A stretch of DNA of 64,000 nucleotides, taken from assembly GCA_963719035.1 (NCBI GenBank), contig CAVRAO010000002.1:320001-384000 (forward strand). The letters run 5' to 3'. A program made the position numbers and the translations under genes. This DNA comes from Methanobacteriota archaeon (GTDB lineage Archaea > Halobacteriota > Bog-38 > Methanoflorentales > Methanoflorentaceae). Each line of letters opens with the position of its first letter. Position 1 is the first letter of the stretch. This document shows, piece by piece, positions 9,612 to 19,202 of this stretch. The notes below the pieces were generated by a model. That model saw nothing but the letters and a program-made list of their open reading frames with translations, was not told the DNA's origin and made no database searches.

Positions 9612-11204
9612 TTGAAAAAGATTCCAATAGACGAGATACTCCGAATCAAACAAAAAAGCTTCGAAGCGGCATGGAAATATGGGGGCGACTTGCTCAATGA
9701 TAAAAGCATCTACGATCTACACCGGATTGCTGATGCTGCCTCCCCAGGAAAGCCGCACGCGCTCAACGAACTCATTGAAAGAATGCGACAACGCCTGTTG
9801 CAGCTAGGCTTCGACGAGATAATAAATGAGACCATCTTTCCGCAAGAGGACGTACTAAAACAATGGGGGCCGACCGGTTATGCCATTCTCGATCGCTGCT
9901 ACTATCTAGCAGCCCTACCGCGACCCGACGTCGGTTTGAGTTCGCAGAAACAAGCAGCGATAAGAAGCTTTAATATCGATCTGCCTCCCGAAAAAGTGGC
10001 CGCGCTTCAGCTGACGCTTCATAAACTAAAAACAGGTGAACTCGAAGGCGATGAGTTAATCAGAGAGATTGGAAAAGAGTTGGATATCGCCGATGACTGT
10101 GCAGTAGAGGTCTTTGAAAAGGTGTTTGACGAGTTTAAAGACTTGAAACCGATCCCTTCTAATCTCACGCTTCGATCGCATATGACTGCTGCTTGGTTCG
10201 ACTCACTCGCTACTATCCAAAAAAACACCAACGTCCCAGTAAAATTGTTCTCAATTGGCCCTCGCTACAGAAGAGAGCAACGCGAGGATGCAACGCACCT
10301 TCGCGTGCACGATTCCGCTTCGTGTGTTGTGATGGACGAGGACGTATCCATCGACCTTGGGAAATGGATAGTGCAGGAGTTCTTACGGCCTTTAGGATTT
10401 GAAGATTTTCAATTCAGACAAGTTGCCACTGGCACGGACACCTACTATGCCCCTGGCAAGCACTTTGAAGCTTTCGCATTTCATCCCGGTTTTGAAGAAG
10501 TCACAAACGAAGACGCTGGATGGCTCGAAGTAGCCGATTTCGGACTATATAGCCCGCTCACGCTCGCCAACTATGGTATCGAATTCCCCGTAGTCAACTG
10601 CGGCATTGGAGTTGAAAGGATCGCCATGCTCATACACGGGTACAAAGATATTAGGACTCTTGTGTACCCTCAATTTTATGAAGAATTCGTTTTGACCGAC
10701 GATCAGCTCGTCGACCTCATCACGCTGAAAAAAACCCCGGCAACCCAGCAAGGACAAGAGATCCAACGCGCAATCATCAATATATGTAAAACCCACGGTG
10801 TCGATGAGAGTCCTGTTGAGTTTCTAGCTTGGGAAGGAGAGCTGTTAGATAAGCTCGTACGCATCAGCGTGATAGAGCCCGAAGAGAACACGAAGCTTTG
10901 CGGACCGGCTTTCCTTAATGAGGTTTTCGTCAAAGATGGAAGTATTATAGGGGCTCTAAAGCCCAAAGGCGTTTCGACGGGTATTACGTATATTGAAGCT
11001 TTCGCAGCTGAAGCCGCATTTGCCATCGAGCAAGCCCTAAAGATGGGCAAAAACGAGCTCGAAGTACGAGTACGAATAGCTCGATCACCCAACGACATTA
11101 ACCTAAACATAGACCCGGTCGCGACGAGATATATAACAAGCCAAAACAAACGGATTGACTTGCGTGGCCCAGTTTTCACAACGATCCGTATGCAAGCTGC
11201 TTAA
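9612..11204 (+). CDS. sepS: O-phosphoseryl-tRNA(Cys) synthetase (SepRS)
   Basis: ILDRCYYLAALPRPDVG, TLRSHMT, RREQREDATHL, GIGVERIAM, LCGPA; TTG start after GGAGG. Confidence 0.93.
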   Translation: MKKIPIDEILRIKQKSFEAAWKYGGDLLNDKSIYDLHRIADAASPGKPHALNELIERMRQRLLQLGFDEIINETIFPQEDVLKQWGPTGYAILDRCYYLAALPRPDVGLSSQKQAAIRSFNIDLPPEKVAALQLTLHKLKTGELEGDELIREIGKELDIADDCAVEVFEKVFDEFKDLKPIPSNLTLRSHMTAAWFDSLATIQKNTNVPVKLFSIGPRYRREQREDATHLRVHDSASCVVMDEDVSIDLGKWIVQEFLRPLGFEDFQFRQVATGTDTYYAPGKHFEAFAFHPGFEEVTNEDAGWLEVADFGLYSPLTLANYGIEFPVVNCGIGVERIAMLIHGYKDIRTLVYPQFYEEFVLTDDQLVDLITLKKTPATQQGQEIQRAIINICKTHGVDESPVEFLAWEGELLDKLVRISVIEPEENTKLCGPAFLNEVFVKDGSIIGALKPKGVSTGITYIEAFAAEAAFAIEQALKMGKNELEVRVRIARSPNDINLNIDPVATRYITSQNKRIDLRGPVFTTIRMQAA

Positions 11205-11431
11205 GTTGACCGACCTAGTTCATTAACTCGCCTAGCTCGGACTTACATACAGACAGATAGTGTTGATAAAGCATTGGCATCGTAACTCTTCTAGAGCGCA
11301 AACGTAGTGTGCTTGTCTGCTCTTGTCGGTGTGTAAGGCCCTAGCTTCTTCAAAGGTTGAAATAATAAAATGGGCGACTTACCATCAATATCTTCATGTT
11401 TTCATTTCAACTGGGCCGCATAAACATCTTC

Positions 11432-11473
11432 TTATAATAGCAACTCAATATTGATAGACATATCAATACTGGT
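11432..11473 (+). promoter_or_regulatory. TATA box and palindromic operator upstream of rbkR
   Basis: TTATAATA (11432-11439) followed by TATTGATA-gaca-TATCAATA (11449-11468). Confidence 0.6.
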
Positions 11474-11485
11474 GTTGAAAGTTCT

Positions 11486-12130
11486 ATGAAAGATCCGCTT
11501 CTTGAGCTAGCGCTTATTAACGCGGCACGGCAACCAATTCAACTGTCGGCAGTAGAATTTGCAAAAAGACTCCAAACGAGTCCTATGACCGCTTCGAGAC
11601 GACTCAAAGAACTTGAAGAAGGCGGGTTGATTGCTCGAACGCTCGCAGGAAGGTCTCAAGCGATTTTCATTACAAATAAGGGATCTAACGCACTAAAAGA
11701 GCAATATTTAGCTTATAAATCAATTTTTGAAGCAAAACCAGCGATCGAATTGGACGGAACCATCGTATCAGGTTTAGGAGAGGGTAGGTACTATCTCTCG
11801 ATACGTGGCTACACAAAACAATTTGAAGAACTGCTCGGCTTCACCCCGTATCCCGGAACGTTAAACATTAAGTTGGATGATGAAAGCGCTTCCGCTCGAG
11901 TGAGATTAAGCAACCTAGCGCCAACCTATATCTCAAGCTTCAAGACGAGCAACCGAACTTATGGTGGTATCAAAAGCTATGTGGCTTCGATTGGCGGGAT
12001 CGACGGCGCAATAATCGTCCCTGACCGCTCACATTATCATAACGATGTAATCGAGACTATTGCTCCCGTTTCAATCAAAAAAACCCTCAAAATTGACAAT
12101 GGTGATTCGATTAAGGTAGTGGTGATATGA
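11486..12130 (+). CDS. ribK: CTP-dependent riboflavin kinase / HTH regulator RbkR
   Basis: N-terminal wHTH (TASRRLKELE), SGLGEGRYY, PYPGTLN. Confidence 0.93.
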   Translation: MKDPLLELALINAARQPIQLSAVEFAKRLQTSPMTASRRLKELEEGGLIARTLAGRSQAIFITNKGSNALKEQYLAYKSIFEAKPAIELDGTIVSGLGEGRYYLSIRGYTKQFEELLGFTPYPGTLNIKLDDESASARVRLSNLAPTYISSFKTSNRTYGGIKSYVASIGGIDGAIIVPDRSHYHNDVIETIAPVSIKKTLKIDNGDSIKVVVI

Positions 12131-12846
12131 CCGTAACAAAGGCTATTAGAGCCGTAAAGAAGGGAGAAATGGTACTAATTTACGACTCGGAAGACAGAGA
12201 GGGCGAAACAGATATGGTGATCCCGGCCATCTCAACGACCCCTAAACAGGTGGCGAGAATGCGCGTCGAAGCCGGCGGGCTCATCTGCGTCGCCATTTCT
12301 CCGGAAGCTGCTGAAAAACTATGTCTGCCCTTTATGGTAGACATCTTAAAATTCGTAAGTTCTAATGGATGCGATTTAAAGCTCAATTCAGTCTGCGAGA
12401 AGCCTGGCGATCTTACTTATGATAAGCAATCCTCCTTTTCGATCGCCGTGAATCACAGAAACGTCGGGACCGGAATTACTGACATAGATCGCGCATTAAC
12501 GATTACCCAGCTTGGCAAAGCTGTCGAAAAAACAACACAGTTCCATAAATTTGACTTCGGTGAAGCTTTTCGCTCGCCAGGTCACGTTCCGTTGCTTCGA
12601 GCAGCTCAAGGACTAATTTCAGAACGTAAAGGACAAACAGAGCTCTCTATAGCCTTAGCTGAAATGGCTGAAATTACACCGGCAATGGCCATGTGTGAAA
12701 TGCTTGACGCACGAAGCGGCAAAGCCTTAACTAAGCAAGATTCGATAGACTTTGCTGAGAGAAATGGACTTGCGTTCGTGACGGGGCAGGAAATAGCCGA
12801 CGCTTATGAGCGCTTAGGTAAGCATACTGTTGCGCGTAGCATATAG
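12127..12846 (+). CDS. ribB: 3,4-dihydroxy-2-butanone 4-phosphate synthase
   Basis: DREGETDM, TGITDIDRA, FRSPGHV, CEML; ATGA overlap with ribK. Confidence 0.95.
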   Translation: MTVTKAIRAVKKGEMVLIYDSEDREGETDMVIPAISTTPKQVARMRVEAGGLICVAISPEAAEKLCLPFMVDILKFVSSNGCDLKLNSVCEKPGDLTYDKQSSFSIAVNHRNVGTGITDIDRALTITQLGKAVEKTTQFHKFDFGEAFRSPGHVPLLRAAQGLISERKGQTELSIALAEMAEITPAMAMCEMLDARSGKALTKQDSIDFAERNGLAFVTGQEIADAYERLGKHTVARSI

Positions 12847-13008
12847 CGCCTCTTGCGGTTGTTATTCATCTGGATTTTTGCGATCACTGAATGGATTCAA
12901 ATAGCAATTGCAGTAGGATTCTCTTCATCCTTTTCTTCTCTATTTAAGGCAGCAACGACCAATAGTCACACTGTTCCTCAACAAGAACTTGAGCGTTCCT
13001 GAACGATC

Positions 13009-14346
13009 TTACAACGAGCCGAAGACATAGGGACCAACGAGCAAAATCAGAAAGGAAGCGAGTATAACCAGCCCCAAAGTCGTCACCAGCACGCTCGTAA
13101 CACGTTCTTGATCTTTGGTGTTTTTGAGGAATTTTTCAGCTAGCGACTTGAAGAGCTCCCTAAAAATATGTCCGCCATCCAAAGGAACTGTAGGGAGACA
13201 GTTAAAGAGCCCAACATAGAAATTGAGCCAGCCCACCCAGAGAAGGGTATTAGCTATCCAAAAAAAGGCGGGGCCAAGTGGAGCCGCCCACCCTGCTGGC
13301 TGGTAAAGGTGAGCGATATCCCCGGTAAAATAACCGGAGTACAGCAGAGGCAGGCCGATAAGAGCGCCCCATCCCCGTAAGTTGTTGAGGTTGGATGGGA
13401 CTGACTTCAAGAAACTGAGAAGTTCCGATGCGGACCCTCCTTGTATGCCAAGGAAACCTTTGTCATAGTTTGGGTTTTTATCTAGAACAACGACAAAACT
13501 TCTCGAAACCCCTTGATCCGTTGCTATTACGGTAATAGTCTGTCCTTGATGAGTCGCATTCATAAACGCATTAAATTCGCCCGTATTAGAGACCTTGGCG
13601 CTGTCGATTTGATTAACTACCATTCCTGGCTGTAAACCTGCTTTTTCCGCTGGAGATCCAGACACGACGCTTACAATACCTAATCCTTCAACTGGCGTGA
13701 CAGAGGATAGAACCGGCCCAAAGAATAATAAAAACGCAACTAATGCAACCGCGAAATTTGCAGTAATACCTGCACTAAAAACTCGCAGCCGTTCTGGTCG
13801 TGTCGCAATTTTGTCTCCCGGTTTGGCGTCCGTTCCTAACAACTGCGATTCATCCGGCTCTGCAAAAGCACCGATGGGCACGAGAGCGATTAAGAGACCT
13901 AATGATTTTACTTTTATGTCTGCGACCCTGCTTAAGATTGCGTGCGAAAATTCGTGAACCACGAGCGTTACTATTAAGCCAATAAGTCCCCACGTCAATG
14001 GAATAAATTGGTTTAGCCCCGGTATTAATAGCACATTTTGCGGTGCATTCAATGCAGTGGGCGCGGGCTGCGTAACTAGCAAATTGATGTCGCCTATCAA
14101 TAATATCGCAAGCATAAAGAACATCCCAAAAACGGTTAGTGGGATTCCAATATTCGCAAAGACCCGCCAGAACTTCTTTGGATTTGCGAGCCTTTCTAAT
14201 AGACGCAACCCGCGTGTCGTTCTTACCATTAAAAGTGGGCCGTAAGCGCTAATGCCGTGTCGTGCAAGAATGCCTCGACTGTTCAAAAAAATAACAAAAA
14301 ACCAATAAATAGCGAAGATGACTACTGCAAGAGTTAAATAATCCAA
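13009..14346 (-). CDS. Site-2 protease family M50 with PDZ domain
   Basis: HEFSH, GAFAEPDE, PDZ (GSPAEKAGL), NCLPTVPLDGGH. Confidence 0.93.
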   Translation of the reverse strand: MDYLTLAVVIFAIYWFFVIFLNSRGILARHGISAYGPLLMVRTTRGLRLLERLANPKKFWRVFANIGIPLTVFGMFFMLAILLIGDINLLVTQPAPTALNAPQNVLLIPGLNQFIPLTWGLIGLIVTLVVHEFSHAILSRVADIKVKSLGLLIALVPIGAFAEPDESQLLGTDAKPGDKIATRPERLRVFSAGITANFAVALVAFLLFFGPVLSSVTPVEGLGIVSVVSGSPAEKAGLQPGMVVNQIDSAKVSNTGEFNAFMNATHQGQTITVIATDQGVSRSFVVVLDKNPNYDKGFLGIQGGSASELLSFLKSVPSNLNNLRGWGALIGLPLLYSGYFTGDIAHLYQPAGWAAPLGPAFFWIANTLLWVGWLNFYVGLFNCLPTVPLDGGHIFRELFKSLAEKFLKNTKDQERVTSVLVTTLGLVILASFLILLVGPYVFGSL

Positions 14347-14373
14347 ATGGCTTTCACCGCAAATGGTATCATG

Positions 14374-14682
14374 ATGTTCTCTGACATATACGTAACTGCA
14401 TCAAATTTAGAGGAAGCAACGCTTATTGCTCGCGCAATAATTGAAGAAAAGTTAGGGGCTTGCGCGAATATACATCCGATCAAGTCATTGTATAGCTGGC
14501 AAGGAACCATCGAAGAGGACGAGGAGTATGCATTGTCAATAAAAACTAAAACTGAGTTAGTTGACAAGGTAACTGCCAGAGTAAAGGAGCTCCATAGCTA
14601 CGAAACGCCGTGTATTATCTCCTTCACAATAGCGTCCGGATGGCCACCTTATCTTAATTGGATCAACGAAGAGACGCTATGA
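14374..14682 (+). CDS. cutA: Divalent-cation tolerance protein CutA
   Basis: LGACAN, SLYSWQG, LHSYETPCII; start uncertain (14347, 14371 or 14374). Confidence 0.9.
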   Translation: MFSDIYVTASNLEEATLIARAIIEEKLGACANIHPIKSLYSWQGTIEEDEEYALSIKTKTELVDKVTARVKELHSYETPCIISFTIASGWPPYLNWINEETL

Positions 14683-14710
14683 CGGCGGCACGCGGATATC
14701 GGATGTTGAG

Positions 14711-16210
14711 ATGGAAGTAACACGCGTTCACTGGGCAGATGTGATAGCACGTGCCGCCGACGGGCCGCAAGTAATAGCTACCGGAATCACCCCCTCCGGC
14801 AATATCCACGTCGGTAACATGCGGGAAGTAGTCACCGCTGACGCTATATTCAGGGCAATTAAGGGTATCGGCAAAGCTGCGCGCCTTATATACATAGCTG
14901 ATTCTTATGACCCGCTCCGTACGGTATACCCGTTCTTGCCTGCAGCGTATAAAAAATACGTAGGGATGCCGTTGTCGGAGATACCTGATCCTTTTGGCTG
15001 TTGTTCAAGCTATGCGGAGCATTACCTTAAGCCTTTCTCGGAATCGCTGAGTCAACTGGACATTACTCTTGAAGTGTACCTCGCAGACCAGATGTACAAA
15101 AGCGGGCTGTATACAGAGGCGACAAAAGTCGCCCTCGAACAACGCGACGCGATTGCTAAGATAATTGAGACTGTTTCAAAGAGGGAACTGCCTATTTGGT
15201 GGAGCCCGTTCAACCCACTCTGCAAGCAATGTCAGAGAATCAGTGCTGCACACATTGTCGAACATATAGCCAGGCACAACTCCGTTAGGTACGTATGCAA
15301 GTGTGGCGCTGAAGGAGTGGCAGATTATTCAAAAGGACAGGGAAAACTTGCGTGGCGGGTCGATTGGCCTGCACGATGGAAGATTTTAGGCGTTACAATT
15401 GAACCCTTTGGCAAAGATCACGCAGTCGCTGGAGGGTCATACGATACGGGTCAACGCATCTCGAGAGAGGTGTACGGATATCCCCCACCAATTCCAGTCC
15501 CATATGGCCATATACATCTCAAGGGACGCGGCAAAATGTCAAGCTCTAAAGGCGTAACAATCACCATCAGCGAAATGCTCGAGAGTGCGCCTGCCGATGT
15601 GTTGCGCTACATGATAATTAAAACGAAGCCCGAAAAGCTTATCGATTTCGATCCCGGCTTGGGACTCCTCACGCTTGTTGATGAATTTGACCACAGCTCA
15701 GGTCGCGCTTTCGAGCTCTCACGAGTTTCTGAACAAGGGTGCGACGTTCCATTCAAGCACATGGTGACCGCAATTCAAATCGCAAATGATTGCGACGAGC
15801 TTGTCCAAGTTCTTCAACGAAGCGGTTATGAAACAACAGACATGAGCGCACTTAAAAAAAGAGCGCGCAACGTCAGAAACTGGCTCGATCGTTTTGCACC
15901 TGAATTCGTAAAGTTTCAAGTCCAGAGTTCACTTCCTGTGCAAGTCAAAACGCTCAACAGCGGGCAAAGAAAAGTATTAGCAAAGCTTGCAATGGCACTT
16001 GAGACTAATAGCAACGATCCTGAGTGGTTACACAATGAAGTCTACACAATCAGCGAAGAAGTAGGAATTGACTCGAGAGACGCTTTTAAAGCAATATATA
16101 TCTCGCTCCTTGGAAAAACGTCAGGACCACGAGCGGGCTGGTTTTTAACCTCATTGAAGCCCGAATTCGTGATCGAACGTTTCAAAGAAGCTGCGATCGA
16201 CATGCGTTAA
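14711..16210 (+). CDS. lysS: Class I lysyl-tRNA synthetase
   Basis: HWAD, GITPSGNIHVGN, KLAWRVDWP, EPFGKDH, KMSSSKG. Confidence 0.97.
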   Translation: MEVTRVHWADVIARAADGPQVIATGITPSGNIHVGNMREVVTADAIFRAIKGIGKAARLIYIADSYDPLRTVYPFLPAAYKKYVGMPLSEIPDPFGCCSSYAEHYLKPFSESLSQLDITLEVYLADQMYKSGLYTEATKVALEQRDAIAKIIETVSKRELPIWWSPFNPLCKQCQRISAAHIVEHIARHNSVRYVCKCGAEGVADYSKGQGKLAWRVDWPARWKILGVTIEPFGKDHAVAGGSYDTGQRISREVYGYPPPIPVPYGHIHLKGRGKMSSSKGVTITISEMLESAPADVLRYMIIKTKPEKLIDFDPGLGLLTLVDEFDHSSGRAFELSRVSEQGCDVPFKHMVTAIQIANDCDELVQVLQRSGYETTDMSALKKRARNVRNWLDRFAPEFVKFQVQSSLPVQVKTLNSGQRKVLAKLAMALETNSNDPEWLHNEVYTISEEVGIDSRDAFKAIYISLLGKTSGPRAGWFLTSLKPEFVIERFKEAAIDMR

Positions 16211-16227
16211 AACCATTCCCATGTCGA

Positions 16228-17400
16228 CTAAACAGCATCGAGAGCTTGTTCAATATCCGCTTTAATATCCTCAACGTCTTCAAGCCCTACTGAGACCCTT
16301 ATGAGGTTTTCCGTTGATTCCAAGCTGTTCTCTCTCGTTCTTCGGCACTACTGCGTGAGTCATTAGACCTGGGTGCTCGACCAATGTCGCTGGATCCCAA
16401 GACTTACAGCAACTTTGCAAAGCTTGAGGTTGTTCAAAAACCTGATAGCCTCGTCCACGCCTCCGCGAATCTCAAAAGCTAGCATCCCCCCATAGCCAGA
16501 CATTTGTGCGTCTAGATTAGGATTCAGTTCGAGATTTCTATCAAATTTCGGGTATAAAACCCGCTTGACGAGCTTCTGTGCTTTCAGGAAAGTAGCAAGT
16601 TCGGTTGCGTTCTGGGTATGTCGTTCCATCCTTAGGGCAAGGGTGCGAAGCCCACGCAAAATTAGAAAAGCGTTGAAAGGGCTAAGCGCAGCGCCAATAT
16701 CACGCAAAACCCCTTTTCTGATATTAATTGCATCCTCATAAGATGAGACGACCACTCCCCCTAGCGCGTCGCCGTGTCCATTTAAGTATTTCGTCGCACT
16801 ATGCACTACGACATCAGCCCCAAATTCGAGGGGTTTTTGATAGTAAGGGGTTAGAAATGTATTGTCAACAATCGTTTTAGCGCCATTTTCCGATGCGACT
16901 GCAGAGACCTTTCGTATATCCACAAGCTTGAACGTTGGATTTGCAGGGGTTTCAAAAAAAACAACCTTGGTGTTGTCTCTTACAGCTTCAGCTACACACT
17001 CGGGATCAGACGTGTCAACAAAACTCACTTCAAATCCCAGACGTGGCGCTCCTTTGGTTAGGAGCTCATACGTGCTGCCGTAAAGCACCCTATCAGCAAT
17101 TAGATGATCGCCACATTTGAGTAGCGTTAGCAGGATTGCTGAAATCGCCGCCATCCCCGAAGCGAAACTAACAGCAGCGTCACCCCCTTCAAGAGCAGCC
17201 ATTTTTAGCTCAAGTGCTGTAAGCGTTGGATTTGAAATCCGAGAGTAAACATATTTCCCCTGTGGAATTCCCGATGGCAGTAGCTCGTCGATCACAAAGC
17301 TAGACGTTTGATAGATGGGCGACGTAAGTGCAGCTACGTCGGGAGGCGCTTGTTCGCCTGCGTGCACTAACTTCGTATTAATCCCATATTCAGAGTTCAC
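16228..17400 (-). CDS. Cys/Met metabolism PLP enzyme (methionine gamma-lyase / cystathionine lyase family), two frameshifts near 3' end
   Basis: YSRISNPT, SGMAAI, ETPANP, DNTF, HSATKYLNGH; correcting indels at ~16397 and ~16314 restores SLGDPATLVEHP..MTH..LIRVSVGLED to TAG at 16228. Confidence 0.88.
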
Positions 17401-17410
17401 GAGCTCGCCC

Positions 17411-18271
17411 TTACATCAATGGCTTTGGCTGTTTTTCTTCTGGTAACACTGGCAATTTCATAGTGTTCACGAGAATAGGTGTCGTTACTTCCTTCGCTCT
17501 TTCGAGTAACAACTCTTTTCCTTTTTGCGACAAGGCAAAAAGTGGCACGCCAGTTCCAACTTGAGCTAGCGCTTTACCCTTAACTGCTTCTCTGATGAAG
17601 CGAGAAGCGCACCCCGTAGTTATATCCACTGTATCGACAAAATCGCGCGCAACCTCCTCTGTCATTCCAGTGACGTGAACGCCGATGACGATGACGTCAG
17701 CGCCTGTCTCTTGCTCGATTTTACGACATTTTCGACTATCGTCCAGCGTTGCGACTGTTACAGCTACACGTTTAAACCCCATCTCTAAAGCGCGAGCAAC
17801 ACCTAAAGGCTGATTAATAATGGCACGGTTCCCGTCAAGTAGAGTCCCACCTTTTTCCTCAACTCGATTCTTCAACTTTGGAATTAGGGTTGTCTCTATT
17901 ACGCCCGAAATCCGAGCACCTATTCCTTGAGCAAGGTTCGGATTGGAAGTAATGACGGTTCCAACACCTTCACAGACTGTGACCGTGGCATCAATGAGGC
18001 CTCGCCGGAGTCCAGTCATCATTACTTCGGATGCGCCAAACCCAACGAAGACTTCCATCTCTATAGCCCGGTCACCGGTGCACATGCCAAAATCGCGAAT
18101 TCGGAATTCAATGTTCTCTTTGACGATCTCTCTATTGATCTCTTGAATGCCACGCGCTTTTGCGAAAATTGGACAACGTTCGATTAGAGGCTCCCCCACC
18201 TCTACTACGTGCCCGTCTTCGACTACGACGTAAGCCTTTCCTAACGCTTCTAAGACGTGTCTATCCTTCAT
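17411..18271 (-). CDS. Methanogenesis marker protein 8 (DUF2099)
   Basis: RHVLEALG, CPIF, FGMCT, FVGFGASE, VCEGVGTV, GCAS. Confidence 0.85.
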   Translation of the reverse strand: MKDRHVLEALGKAYVVVEDGHVVEVGEPLIERCPIFAKARGIQEINREIVKENIEFRIRDFGMCTGDRAIEMEVFVGFGASEVMMTGLRRGLIDATVTVCEGVGTVITSNPNLAQGIGARISGVIETTLIPKLKNRVEEKGGTLLDGNRAIINQPLGVARALEMGFKRVAVTVATLDDSRKCRKIEQETGADVIVIGVHVTGMTEEVARDFVDTVDITTGCASRFIREAVKGKALAQVGTGVPLFALSQKGKELLLERAKEVTTPILVNTMKLPVLPEEKQPKPLM

Positions 18272-18343
18272 CGTCTCCCTCTTGTTGATCAGAGAATAAG
18301 AACTTAAATCATTGCGCTTTGGGGGAAATTGTAGAACCTTCGT

Positions 18344-19138
18344 TTATTGCTCCTTGCTTGTACTCGTTCCACTCACGTAGCCGACCACTAACGGGACATC
18401 TTGGTTATTATCCTCAAGGTGGGCCCATTTTTCAACGTGTATCGGATGGTCAGAGGTCACTAGAACCAATGTAGGCTTTTGCAGCCCGTAACAAAGCCGC
18501 TCGCAGTTCTTATCGATGGTCCTTGCCGAGAAAGCGATGTCATCCCACGCCTTCGCGTAATGATGTGAACAATTGTCAATTGCCCGTAAATGTATCATAA
18601 GTAGTTTTATTCCTTCTAAACTGAATGCCTTCAATGCTAAATCGGCGATCCGTCTATCGTAGTCAACGATCCCGTTAAGGTTCTCGACGCCAATAGCTAG
18701 ATCTACTCGATTTAGCATCGCCTTAGCGCCGGCTTGTTCTATCACTATTCCAGATTTGATCCCCTTCTCGCTTGCAAGCTCAAGAATCGACTTTATCGGA
18801 GTGTAAAAAGTGTCAGCTGTTTCATAGAGAAGATGGTGTTCTGGCGCATATCCGGTCAAGATAGTACCGATATTTGGCGTGGTAATCCTAGGAGGTAACG
18901 AATGGATCTCAAAAAACAAGCCATCTTCAGCTAGGGCTTGAAGATGCGCTAAAGCACCGTTCAATTTCCTATACAGTGTAGCCCCTATACCGTCTACAAT
19001 AACCAGCAATATTTGATCAAAGCTCTTTTTAGCGCAGAATTCGATAATCTCGTTTATCTCTCTTCCATCTTTTTCGGGTATCTCAAACCCAAACAACGTG
19101 CTGATGGTCGGTGCGATATCCATCTGGGTATATCTCAT
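18344..19138 (-). CDS. Alkaline phosphatase superfamily protein (NPP-like, permuted)
   Basis: VIVDGIG, ITTPN..ILTG, D..SH, TSDH; DIAPT element at N-terminus. Confidence 0.75.
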   Translation of the reverse strand: MRYTQMDIAPTISTLFGFEIPEKDGREINEIIEFCAKKSFDQILLVIVDGIGATLYRKLNGALAHLQALAEDGLFFEIHSLPPRITTPNIGTILTGYAPEHHLLYETADTFYTPIKSILELASEKGIKSGIVIEQAGAKAMLNRVDLAIGVENLNGIVDYDRRIADLALKAFSLEGIKLLMIHLRAIDNCSHHYAKAWDDIAFSARTIDKNCERLCYGLQKPTLVLVTSDHPIHVEKWAHLEDNNQDVPLVVGYVSGTSTSKEQ

Positions 19139-19202
19139 TTTTTTCACTCTATAACACCACAGCATTAGATTATTTTACAAGGGCGTGACAGACTTGATAT
19201 CT

